Positions 19,658 to 27,689 of a stretch of 64,000 nucleotides of DNA are shown here, piece after piece. The position numbers and the translations under genes were made by a program. Within the stretch, counting starts at the first letter, position 1, and each line of letters begins with the position of its first letter. The stretch covers positions 858,580 through 922,579 of the forward strand of contig OZ244809.1 of assembly GCA_965220215.1 (NCBI GenBank). The letters run 5' to 3'. Source of the stretch: Dehalococcoidia bacterium (GTDB taxonomy: Bacteria > Chloroflexota > Dehalococcoidia > SHYD01). The notes beneath the pieces are model-generated. The model searched no databases and had not been told where the DNA came from. It saw only the letters and a program-made list of their open reading frames with translations.

Positions 19658-20862
19658 GAGGCCCAACCGCTACCCAGAAACGCTTCGTTGCCGGCCTGGC
19701 CAACCCCCTCCTCCGCCTTGCCTCTCTCCTCTTCCGCCGGCTGGCAGGGGTACAGCCTATGCGCCTTCCCAACGACCTCAATCCGGCTGCGGCGGCAAAG
19801 GTCGAGCGCGTGCTGGCCGTCCGCTTAGACGCCATCGGAGACCTACTCCTCACCGAGCCTGCCCTCGCCCTGCTGCGGCAGCGTTTCCCCAACGCCCGCA
19901 TCGATCTCGCCGCTAATCCAGGCAGCGCGCAGGTTCTGCAGGACAGCCCCAACTTTGACCGCCTGATTCCCTACCGAGCGCCGTGGCACGCCGCCTGGCG
20001 CGGCGCGAACGTAGACTGGCGCAGCGAACTGAGTACGTTCCGGGAGCAGACCGCCGCCCTGCGCCAGGAGCGCTACGACGTAGGGATAGAGTTGCGAGGC
20101 GACATCAGAGACATCTGCTTCTTAGTCGCGGCTGCGCCGCGCGCCGTCATCGGCAATAGCTTTCGCGGCGGGAAGGGTCTCCTGGATTGGGACATTCCGC
20201 TGCCCGCGGACGCTCACCAGGTAGCGCTGTCGGCGACGATTGCGGGCCTGGGTCAGCCGCCGCAGCAGATCCCCGCGCCACGTGTTGTGCTCACGGATGC
20301 CGACCGCACACGAGCCGCCTCGTTCGTCTCCGAGGACGAACTCCCAATGATTGCGCTTCACCTGGGGGCAGGGTTCGCCAGCAAATGCCTTCCCGTCGGG
20401 CACTTCATCCAGGTCTGCACGAGCCTCTGGAAACAGGAGCCGCAACGCCGCTTCCTAATAGTGGGCAGCGCAGACGAGGCGCCTCTGGCCCAGACCTTCA
20501 CGGCGGCGGCGCCATTCCAGGCCCTCGATCTCACCGGCAAGCTCTCGTTGCTAGAGACCGCGGCCGTCCTTGCCCGCTGCCGGCTCTTCATCGGCAACGA
20601 TAGCGCGCCCATGCACCTCGCTGCGGCAGTAGGTACGCCGGTGGTCACCTTCTTTGGGCCGTCAGAGCCGTGGAAGTTCCATCCCTACGGAGCGCCATAC
20701 AAGCTCTTGGAGGTGGCCCTGGACTGCCGTCCCTGCGACTATATCCACTGTATCTGGCCTGAGTCCTTGCGGTTCCAGTGCATGACCGCTCAGTCCGTTG
20801 AGGACATTCAAGCTGCCGCGGAGGTTTTGCTGGCACAGCCCGTGCCCGCCCGTCCCGTTTGA
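19654..20862 (+). CDS. Family 9 glycosyltransferase (heptosyltransferase-like)
   Basis: RVLAVRLDAIGDLLLTEPAL and FIGNDSAPMHLAAAVGTPVVTFFGP are GT9 hallmarks. The start is the ATG at 19654 (ATGA overlap). The listed ORF start at 19369 is spurious. Confidence 0.75.
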   Translation: MRGPTATQKRFVAGLANPLLRLASLLFRRLAGVQPMRLPNDLNPAAAAKVERVLAVRLDAIGDLLLTEPALALLRQRFPNARIDLAANPGSAQVLQDSPNFDRLIPYRAPWHAAWRGANVDWRSELSTFREQTAALRQERYDVGIELRGDIRDICFLVAAAPRAVIGNSFRGGKGLLDWDIPLPADAHQVALSATIAGLGQPPQQIPAPRVVLTDADRTRAASFVSEDELPMIALHLGAGFASKCLPVGHFIQVCTSLWKQEPQRRFLIVGSADEAPLAQTFTAAAPFQALDLTGKLSLLETAAVLARCRLFIGNDSAPMHLAAAVGTPVVTFFGPSEPWKFHPYGAPYKLLEVALDCRPCDYIHCIWPESLRFQCMTAQSVEDIQAAAEVLLAQPVPARPV

Positions 20863-20935
20863 CACCCCTAGTTAGCCATGCTAGCCTGTGGCATCCTCGC
20901 TGGGGAGCCACTTCCGCTAGCAAAGGACACGCTTC

Positions 20936-21283
20936 ATGGCGAACAACGGAATGCAACCCCTGCCCATGACCGCCTTCATTGGCGGCAAGAAGTACGCCAC
21001 CGCCGCGGCGGCGCTACTTGCAAACGGCGCACACGAGGGCGGACCCGCCTGGGTTCCCACAGACAAGGTCTCCTTCCTCTTCCGCACGAAGGACGGGAGC
21101 TACTTTGTACAGCACCGCGGCCTTCCCGAACGCGAACGAGGCCGTCACACCGACCGCAGCTGCTGGGTCGAGCCACTCACTGAGCTGGATGCAGTCATCC
21201 TCTACTGGGAGCTAGAAGAACACAACGCTGCATATGACGACGCCTTTCCGCCGCCAGAAGGCAACGGTTCCCTTTCCCCATAG
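20936..21283 (+). CDS. Hypothetical small protein (115 aa)
   Basis: GC3-biased ORF with no recognisable domain, located in the accessory-like island. Confidence 0.4.
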   Translation: MANNGMQPLPMTAFIGGKKYATAAAALLANGAHEGGPAWVPTDKVSFLFRTKDGSYFVQHRGLPERERGRHTDRSCWVEPLTELDAVILYWELEEHNAAYDDAFPPPEGNGSLSP

Positions 21284-21393
21284 CGCGCAGCGTCTAAACA
21301 CAAACGTAACCCCAGGAAAAGGATCCCCTTCCACTAGCTCCCTCTCAATGGGTAAGCAATTTCCCGTCCCTTCCCACTCACCAAAGGAAGGAG

Positions 21394-21682
21394 CACTTAC
21401 GCGTTCCCTCTCCCTAGACGGGAGAGTTCTTACGCGTCCACTCTCCCTCGATGGGGGAGGGCTAGGGTGGGGGTGAAGAAGCGCAAGCATTGAACCAACG
21501 AAATGCCAGACAAAGCGTACTTAATGCTTTCTGAGCATCTGGCAGGGTGGCCCCACTCCAGACCCTTCAGTGCGTGCAGAGTGACGAGGCTCCCCCTTCC
21601 TCTAACTCCCTCGCACCAGGGGAGGGAGAACTTAAGCGCACTCTCCCTCTGGATGGGGAAAGGCTAGGGTCGGGGTGAAGGT
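21394..21682. repeat. Composite structured repeat element. Two blocks each contain two 7-bp-stem hairpin units plus a CTAGGGTNGGGGTGAAG tail, separated by about 120 nt that itself contains inverted repeats.
   Basis: Units a and b (block 1): 21394-21426 and 21427-21461, with tail 21462-21478. Units c and d (block 2): 21598-21629 and 21630-21664, with tail 21665-21682. Block 1 and block 2 are about 80% identical. Example hairpin: CTCTCCC-TAGAC-GGGAGAG. Related copies sit at 24481-24530 (reverse) and 29311-29352. Confidence 0.6.
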
Positions 21683-21732
21683 GGTTTTGTTACGCAGTGT
21701 TCTTTGCGCTCACAGCCAGCGCACGATGCCAG

Positions 21733-21996
21733 CTACGCTCTAGCCGCGACCTCCCGATTGCTCCCCTCTGCGCTGGCACGGGAAGCTGGGACTTTGCCTG
21801 CCAGCTGCATCAGCTCGCTAAAATCGGTATGCAGGGCTTCCGCCATCGCCCGGATGACACGCTCGCGCGGCGGACGACGATGGGAGTTCTCTATCTTAGA
21901 GAGGTAGGTAAAGTTGATAAGCGAGCTGGACGCCAATTCTTTCTGACTCAATCCGCGTGCTCGCCGTAGCTGTCGAACATGCTCTCCGAAACTCAC
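21733..21996 (-). CDS. XRE-family helix-turn-helix transcriptional regulator
   Basis: The Cro/C1 HTH sequence LRRARGLSQKELASSSLINFTYLSKIENS. GTG start 6 nt after an AGGAG motif. Confidence 0.7.
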   Translation of the reverse strand: MSFGEHVRQLRRARGLSQKELASSSLINFTYLSKIENSHRRPPRERVIRAMAEALHTDFSELMQLAGKVPASRASAEGSNREVAARA

Positions 21997-22215
21997 GCTG
22001 TGCTCCTGAAATGAACGTTATTTTCTTCACAAAGTCTGGGTAAGATGCAGCGCATCCTAGCAGCAGACATGGACTTTGTCAACACCCCAACACGTAAGAA
22101 GCCTCACCACTGCCTCGCCAAGCGAACGAAGTTGAAGGCCACCTGGAAAGGTAGTAGCAGGCGTGTTATAGCGCTCTGTAACCCCTGATCGGATAGGCTT
22201 TTAGATGATTACGTA

Positions 22216-22243
22216 TTGCAAAATACTAGGCTTAGAGTATAAT
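22216..22243 (+). promoter_or_regulatory. Sigma-70-like promoter: TTGCAA (22216-22221), 16-nt spacer, TATAAT (22238-22243), upstream of the permease operon
   Basis: Near-consensus hexamers sit in an AT-rich (about 45% GC) intergenic island, roughly 90 nt upstream of the 22332 start. Confidence 0.45.
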
Positions 22244-22331
22244 CATCAAAACAGCATCCATTTGTGCCTGCATAAGCGGCTCAGAGCCGTTTCTGCGATA
22301 GGCGGAAAAGCACAAGGAGCAAGAGAGCAAC

Positions 22332-23288
22332 ATGACAGAATACGCGCTTCGTCGGCTGTTGGCCCTCATTCCCACTGTCTTGGGTGCCTCAATGATCATC
22401 TTCTTCACGCTCCGGCTCTTCGCGCCGGTCGATATCATTGAAGAAACACTCCTGGAAAGCCCCGGCGCCTCTGACCCAATTGTTCGTGAACGACTAAGGG
22501 CAGAGTTTGGTCTAGACAAACCCATCTACGAACAGTACGTTCAGTGGATATGGGGGGCGGTGAGAGGTGATTTAGGCACCTCTTGGAGTTCCGGCCGCCC
22601 AGTCATGACGCAGATCACGGAGTCACTCCCCGTTAGCCTAGAGCTCACAGTTATTAATCTATTACTGGCGGTAATCATAGGCGTGCCTATAGGGGTCATC
22701 TCCGCCGTCAACCAGAATAGTTGGTCCGACTACGGAGGGCGGTTCTTCGCGATCTTTGGCCTTTCTGTCCCTAGCTTCGTTATTGCAACGGTGTTGCTCC
22801 TAACGCCTGCTATGGTCTGGGGGTGGGCGCCGCCGCTGGGGTACGCCTCGCCATTTGAGGACCTACAAATTCACGCTCTACAGATGTTCCTACCCGTGTT
22901 CTCTCTGAGCTTCTCCGTGGCTGCCACCAAGGTGCGCATGCTCCGCTCCACTATGCTTGAAGTCCTCCGCATGGACTATGTAAGAACGGCTCGAGCTAAG
23001 GGTTTAGAGCAACGCATTGTTATTCTGCGGCATGCCCTCAAAAATGCGCTTATCCCTGTTGTGACTATCCTGGGCGTACAAGTAAGCTACTCCCTAGGAG
23101 GTTCGGTAGTTATTGAGCAGATCTACTCTTTGCCTGGACTTGGGCGGCTGACCCTTGCCTCTATTCAGCGGGGTGATTTCCCACAGTTACAGGCAAATGT
23201 GCTCTACCTCCTCATCATCTTCCTAGTTTTTAACCTGATTGTTGACATTAGCTATGCGTGGCTAGACCCGCGCATCCGCTACCAGTAG
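22332..23288 (+). CDS. ABC transporter permease, DppB/OppB-like
   Basis: N-terminal MTEYALRRLLALIPTVLGASMIIF and a BPD_transp_1 core. Confidence 0.75.
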   Translation: MTEYALRRLLALIPTVLGASMIIFFTLRLFAPVDIIEETLLESPGASDPIVRERLRAEFGLDKPIYEQYVQWIWGAVRGDLGTSWSSGRPVMTQITESLPVSLELTVINLLLAVIIGVPIGVISAVNQNSWSDYGGRFFAIFGLSVPSFVIATVLLLTPAMVWGWAPPLGYASPFEDLQIHALQMFLPVFSLSFSVAATKVRMLRSTMLEVLRMDYVRTARAKGLEQRIVILRHALKNALIPVVTILGVQVSYSLGGSVVIEQIYSLPGLGRLTLASIQRGDFPQLQANVLYLLIIFLVFNLIVDISYAWLDPRIRYQ

Positions 23289-23329
23289 GCCTTTAGCTTG
23301 TCTGGGGTTAGTCAGAAGGAGATCACATC

Positions 23330-24259
23330 ATGCAGCAGCAATCGGTAAGTGAAACAACTATAGAGTCTATGGCCAAGCAGGCCATGCGGCCGCAGCATGG
23401 CGCGCTCACCGGCCTTGTTACATTCATACGGAAGCAGCCTATCGGCTCGGCTGCGGGACTACTGCTCCTGATCATCTCCTTTTCAGGCATTTTTGCTGAA
23501 CTAGTATCAACAACTGATCCAACGGATCAGCGGATGCGCTACGCTCTCAGCCCGCCAGGCACTGTTACCTCTGACGGCTTTGTGTTCATACTAGGCACCG
23601 ATGCTCTTGGCCGGGACGTGTACAGCCGCACTATCCATGGCGCTCGCATTTCTCTAAGTGTTGGTGTAGTTGCGGTCATGATCGGAACCGTTGGCGGGTT
23701 GCTGCTAGGCATGTTCAGCGGCTACCGGCGCGGTAGCCTAGACATGATTACACAGCGCATTATGGACGCTAAACAGGCTATCCCCACGCTCATCTTTGCA
23801 ATGATGCTTGTTGCTGTCATGGGGAAAGCCCTTTGGGTCACTGCTGTAGCAATTGGTATAGCCCAGATACCGCGCGCTAACCGCATCATCCGCGGTAACA
23901 CGCTCTCGGTCATTCAGGAAGCATACATTGATGCCGCCAAGGCTATTGGCGCTCGAGAGTCCCGCATTCTGCTGCAGCACATCATGCCGAACGTGATGGC
24001 CACTACGCTCATCGTCTTCTCCACCAGTATTGGCGCGGCTATCGTGACCGAATCCACGCTAAGCTTCCTGGGGCTGGCCGCACCGCCGCCGCTGGCTACC
24101 TGGGGTGGTATGCTCACCATCCAAGGCCGCCAATATATGCTGGCTGCACCCTACCTCCTCGTGATACCTGCCGTAGCCCTAAGCGTTACTGTGCTCGCCT
24201 TCAACTTCCTGGGCGACTCTATCCGAGATGCCCTTGACCCACGGCTCAGAGGTCGCTAG
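23330..24259 (+). CDS. ABC transporter permease, DppC/OppC-like
   Basis: BPD_transp_1 core and a C-terminal ...LAFNFLGDSIRDALDPR. Confidence 0.75.
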   Translation: MQQQSVSETTIESMAKQAMRPQHGALTGLVTFIRKQPIGSAAGLLLLIISFSGIFAELVSTTDPTDQRMRYALSPPGTVTSDGFVFILGTDALGRDVYSRTIHGARISLSVGVVAVMIGTVGGLLLGMFSGYRRGSLDMITQRIMDAKQAIPTLIFAMMLVAVMGKALWVTAVAIGIAQIPRANRIIRGNTLSVIQEAYIDAAKAIGARESRILLQHIMPNVMATTLIVFSTSIGAAIVTESTLSFLGLAAPPPLATWGGMLTIQGRQYMLAAPYLLVIPAVALSVTVLAFNFLGDSIRDALDPRLRGR

Positions 24260-24284
24260 ACCCCTTAGCTCAAGAAAACGTAAG

Positions 24285-24308
24285 AGACCCCATCTAGGTG
24301 GGGTCTCT
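24285..24308. terminator. Hairpin GAGACCCCA-tctagg-TGGGGTCTC, a bidirectional intrinsic-terminator-like element after the dppC-like gene
   Basis: Perfect 9-bp GC-rich stem followed by a T-rich tract. Confidence 0.5.
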
Positions 24309-24329
24309 TCTCTTGTCTTAGCTCATCAG

Positions 24330-24425
24330 GTTAGCTGGGCTTATTGCAGCGGGGCGATACGGTATAGACCTGCTCCTGATTAGCCGGAGCGGGGTGCGGC
24401 GAAGGTAGACAGACAGGTCTGGGCC
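24330..24425 (-). pseudogene. Degenerate, internally deleted fragment copy of the 3' end of the 24854..25537 gene
   Basis: 24330-24425 aligns at about 85% identity to 25003-25080. The preceding 24312-24350 aligns to 24839-24885. Confidence 0.55.
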
Positions 24426-24480
24426 ATTGGTGACCTTACTGTCTTCCAACCGCAGCTATGCCTTTCTGACCCTGCGTTGG

Positions 24481-24530
24481 TGCACCTCCACCCTAACCCT
24501 CCCCCATCAAGGGGGAGGGGACACTTACGT
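24481..24530 (-). repeat. Reverse-orientation copy of the hairpin repeat family (GATGGGGGAGGGTTAGGGTGGAGGTG core)
   Basis: The reverse complement matches unit b plus the tail of the 21427-21478 element. It lies at the duplication junction. Confidence 0.55.
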
Positions 24531-24609
24531 CCTCCCGCCCCTGGACGCTGGCGCCATCCCCCGTCCAATAGAACACAGCCTGCCCATTGCCATGCCTGTA
24601 CCGGCGCCG

Positions 24610-24775
24610 CTGGTTATTTGGCGTGGTCGCTCACCATCCAGGGCCGCAGTACCTGCTAGCAGCACCCTACCTCTCGGCGATACCAGTCGTTGCCCTAAGC
24701 ATCACCGTGCTTGCCTTCAACTTCCTGGGTGATGCCATTCGCGATGCCCTCGACCCACATTCCGGGGGCGCTAGA
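24610..24775 (+). pseudogene. Frameshifted fragment copy of the dppC-like 3' end (about 55 C-terminal codons)
   Basis: Encodes ...YLLAAPYLSAIPVVALSITVLAFNFLGDAIRDALDP. A 1-nt deletion before the stop causes read-through. Confidence 0.6.
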
Positions 24776-24798
24776 CTCCGTAGCTTAAGAAAACGCGA

Positions 24799-24830
24799 GA
24801 AGACCCCACGTATGTGGGGTCTTCTCTTTT
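24799..24830. terminator. Hairpin GAAGACCCCAC-gtat-GTGGGGTCTTC plus TCTTTT, a bidirectional terminator between the convergent genes. It is a duplicate of the hairpin at 24285.
   Basis: 11-bp stem followed by a U-tract. It sits 24 nt from the stop of the minus-strand gene. Confidence 0.55.
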
Positions 24831-24853
24831 GCCCTAGTACAGGTTAGTTAGGC

Positions 24854-25537
24854 TTATTGTAGCGGAGCTATGCTGAATACCACGTGAAACGCCAGGCAAT
24901 AAATGACGACGCTTTGCTGCTTGGACACATCCACATCTGCAGGAATAGGGTAGTTCAAGTTCCCAATGTTCCCTCGTAGCTTGCCTAGGTCTGCATAGCC
25001 TTCGGTATGGACATCCTCCTGAGTAGCCGGTGCGGGATGCGGCGAAAGGTAGACGTACAGGTCTGGGCCATTGGTGACGTTAATATCCTCTAGGCGAAGC
25101 ACGGTGGAGCCGTCCGCCGTCTTGTAGAACACTGCCTCCCCACTGCCCTTGTGAAAGTCGTCCGCATCCTGCAGCGCGCCGCGCTTCATCACAACTGCCT
25201 CCGCAGACTGCTCGCTGCTTGCCTGAGGCGTACTCGCAGCCGTGGACTGTTCAGTGCTTGCCTGCGGCGTACTCGAACTCGTCGACTGCTCGGCGCTTGG
25301 TTGGGGCGTATTCGAAGCTGTGGGCTGCTCGCTGCTTGCTTGGGACGTACTCGAACCCGTGGACTCCTCGCTGCTTGCTTGGGACACAACCACGGCCGGG
25401 AGCGTTTCATCCACCGTAGTGTTCAGAAACAGCGGCGATACCAGCCACCACCCCACGCCAAAGGCGGGCAGCAGAACGATTACGCCAATAATTATGAGTA
25501 TCTTTCGCTTAGCCATGTGCGAGTATCCTGCCTCCAT
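24854..25537 (-). CDS. DM13-domain protein with an N-terminal TM anchor and a Ser/Thr/Gln/Ala-rich tandem-repeat linker
   Basis: The C-terminal domain (FHKGSGEAVFYKTADGSTVLRLEDINVTNGPDLYVYL) is DM13-like. The N-terminal IIIGVIVLLPAFGVGWWLV segment is a TM anchor. Confidence 0.55.
   Translation of the reverse strand: MEAGYSHMAKRKILIIIGVIVLLPAFGVGWWLVSPLFLNTTVDETLPAVVVSQASSEESTGSSTSQASSEQPTASNTPQPSAEQSTSSSTPQASTEQSTAASTPQASSEQSAEAVVMKRGALQDADDFHKGSGEAVFYKTADGSTVLRLEDINVTNGPDLYVYLSPHPAPATQEDVHTEGYADLGKLRGNIGNLNYPIPADVDVSKQQSVVIYCLAFHVVFSIAPLQ
25205..25390. repeat. About 39-bp tandem repeat (roughly 4.5 units) encoding STPQASSEQSTAA-type 13-aa repeats within the DM13 gene
   Basis: Recurring ctgcttgcNtgNgNcgtactcgNaNcNgtNgact units. 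Confidence 0.6.
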
Positions 25538-25667
25538 TGAGTTTCAAGATGGGCATATGCTACCATGAGAGTGCCTAATGTGTAAGGCGGAGACCAAAAT
25601 TTAACTGATATTGCTCTATCCACATGCCCGCGGCCGCAAGGCCCTTTTTAGTGTAAACTGACACCCC

Positions 25668-27521
25668 ATGGAACACCCTTTTCGACAACGCCTGCGCGGC
25701 GGTCCAATCCTAGCTGACGGCGCGATGGGTACTATGCTCTACGCAGAAGGTGTGGACTACCGCCGCTCCTTTGAAGAGCAGAACCTCACCCAGCCTGATC
25801 TCGTCCAGGCTATCCACCGCAGTTACATTGCGGCCGGCGCTGAGCTTATCGAGACCAATACCTTTGGCGGCAACCGCTTCAAGCTGGCGGCCCACGGCTT
25901 GGAAGGACGCGTGCGTGACATCAACTACGCGGGCGGCAAGATTGCGCGAGACGCCCGGGAGGTCAGCGGCGAGCAGGTCTTTGTGGCAGGCTCCATTGGC
26001 CCCTCCGGACTGGGGCTCAAGCCCGGTGTTGATGTGAGCGAGACCGCGTTGGCGGATGCGTTCAAGGAACAGGGCGAGGCGCTGGCAGAGGGAGGCGTAG
26101 ACCTCCTCATCCTGGAGACTTTTACTGACGTTACCGAGCTAGCTACCGCCATTCGGGCCGTGCAGGCCATCAGCGACCTCCCTATCATCGCCCAGCTGAC
26201 CTTCGCGGAGGACCTGCTGACCCTGGCCGGTCAGGACATCGCCACAGTTATCGCCGCGCTCAAGCCCCTGGACATCGCGAGCCTCGGCACCAACTGCACC
26301 ATCGGCCCACAAGGGGTGCTGGACGTGGTAGAGTCGATGAAACCCCTGACCGAGCTGACCCTCTCTGCAATGCCCAATGCCGGCTTCCCCAAAATGGTCG
26401 ATGGCCGTTACTTCTATCTCACTACGCCGCAGTACTGCGCCGACTACACCCGCCTCCTCTTAGACGCAGGCGTAACCATTGTGGGCGGCTGCTGCGGCAC
26501 CACGCCCCAGCACATCAAGCTCATGCACGAGGCGCTGACCACTCTGCGGCCAGTCAAGACAAGCCCTCCCGCCGCCAGCGTGTCCGTCCGTCCCGTGACA
26601 GAGGAGGAGGAAAGCGGCCCGACCAAAGGCGAGCATGAATCGCAGCTTGCAAAGAAGCTGGCCGCCGGCAAGTTCGTGACCAGCGTGGAGCTGGACCCTC
26701 CCCGGGGCAGCAATCCTGCCAAGGTGCTGGCAGGAGCGTACATGCTCAAGGAGCAGGGGGTGGACTGCATCAACATTGGCGACAGCCCAATGGCACGTGT
26801 ACGCATGAGCGCGCTGGCGATGGCGGTCCTCATCCAGCAGCAAGCAGGTATCGAGGCCATCATCCACTTCACGACCCGGGACCGGAACCTGATGGCTATC
26901 CAGTCCGACCTCATCGGTGCGCACGCACTGGGCGTTCGGAACATCATCGCGCTGACCGGCGACCCGCCCCGTGTAGGCGACTACCCAAACGCCACCGCTG
27001 TGTGGGATGTGGACTCCATCGGCCTCATCAGCATCCTCAAGAAGCTGAACGAGGGCCAGGACGTTTCCGGCAACTCCATCGCCCGGCCCACCACGTTCAA
27101 CGTCGCTTGCGCCGTCACACCTAAAGCGCCCGACGTAGAGCTGGAAAAGAGCCGCTTCCGAAGAAAGCTGGAGGCCGGCGCAGACCTGGTGATGACCCAA
27201 CCGCTGTATACTGTCGAGGACTTGGAGCAGTTCCTGGATGAGTTCGGCCCCCTGGAAGTGCCGGTGCTCCTGGGCATCCTGCCGATGCAGAGCCACCGCC
27301 ACGCCGAGTTCCTGCACAACGAGGTCGGCGGTATTGATGTGCCTGAACACCTGCGAGAGCGCATGCGTCTAGCCGGCGACCGCGGCAGGGAAGAGGGCTT
27401 GAACATCTCCCTAGAGTTTGTTACCCAGATCAAGAATAAAGTGAATGGCGTCTACATCATGCCCTCCTTTGGCCGCTATGAGGTAGCCGCAGAGATAGCC
27501 CACGCACTACACAACTCCTAA
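25668..27521 (+). CDS. yitJ: Bifunctional homocysteine S-methyltransferase / 5,10-methylene-THF reductase (YitJ-type fusion)
   Basis: N-terminal Hcy-binding domain (ILADGAMGTMLYAEGVD...GCCGTTPQHI) and a C-terminal MTHFR TIM-barrel (VELDPPRGSNPAK...). Confidence 0.75.
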   Translation: MEHPFRQRLRGGPILADGAMGTMLYAEGVDYRRSFEEQNLTQPDLVQAIHRSYIAAGAELIETNTFGGNRFKLAAHGLEGRVRDINYAGGKIARDAREVSGEQVFVAGSIGPSGLGLKPGVDVSETALADAFKEQGEALAEGGVDLLILETFTDVTELATAIRAVQAISDLPIIAQLTFAEDLLTLAGQDIATVIAALKPLDIASLGTNCTIGPQGVLDVVESMKPLTELTLSAMPNAGFPKMVDGRYFYLTTPQYCADYTRLLLDAGVTIVGGCCGTTPQHIKLMHEALTTLRPVKTSPPAASVSVRPVTEEEESGPTKGEHESQLAKKLAAGKFVTSVELDPPRGSNPAKVLAGAYMLKEQGVDCINIGDSPMARVRMSALAMAVLIQQQAGIEAIIHFTTRDRNLMAIQSDLIGAHALGVRNIIALTGDPPRVGDYPNATAVWDVDSIGLISILKKLNEGQDVSGNSIARPTTFNVACAVTPKAPDVELEKSRFRRKLEAGADLVMTQPLYTVEDLEQFLDEFGPLEVPVLLGILPMQSHRHAEFLHNEVGGIDVPEHLRERMRLAGDRGREEGLNISLEFVTQIKNKVNGVYIMPSFGRYEVAAEIAHALHNS

Positions 27522-27689
27522 GCCACTGCGAGCGCTGGCAGCGCAGCAATCGGGAGAATAGGGTGGTCTAGCAGGAGCGTCCAGAGAGGCGTAGCCTCTT
27601 TGGCAGGGGTTTCAAGGGGCGCCCCTGAACCTGATTCAATACCAAAGGAATCTCCTTGAACCACCTTGAGGGAGTTTGGGGATAACAAA

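Noticed and set aside
21394-21461. Possible CRISPR array (two tandem 33-35-nt hairpin units)
   Set aside because: Only two adjacent units with no spacer periodicity, no cas genes, and the units differ in sequence. Other copies are dispersed singly, so it behaves like a REP/MITE family instead.
21234-21476. 80-aa ORF (and 24427..24732, 24380..24568, 24587..24847) reading through repeat elements and duplication fragments
   Set aside because: The translations are repeat-derived (…LSLDGGGLGWG) or are the frameshifted dppC fragment. They are not independent genes.
25538-25667. Possible SAM (S-box) riboswitch in the yitJ-like leader
   Set aside because: No match by eye to SAM-I or SAM-II conserved cores. 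The leader is short, at about 130 nt. Left as not supported without an Infernal scan.
26460-27350. 296-aa minus-strand ORF inside the yitJ-like gene
   Set aside because: Antisense to a well-supported CDS, with no motifs and a composition artefact of high GC.
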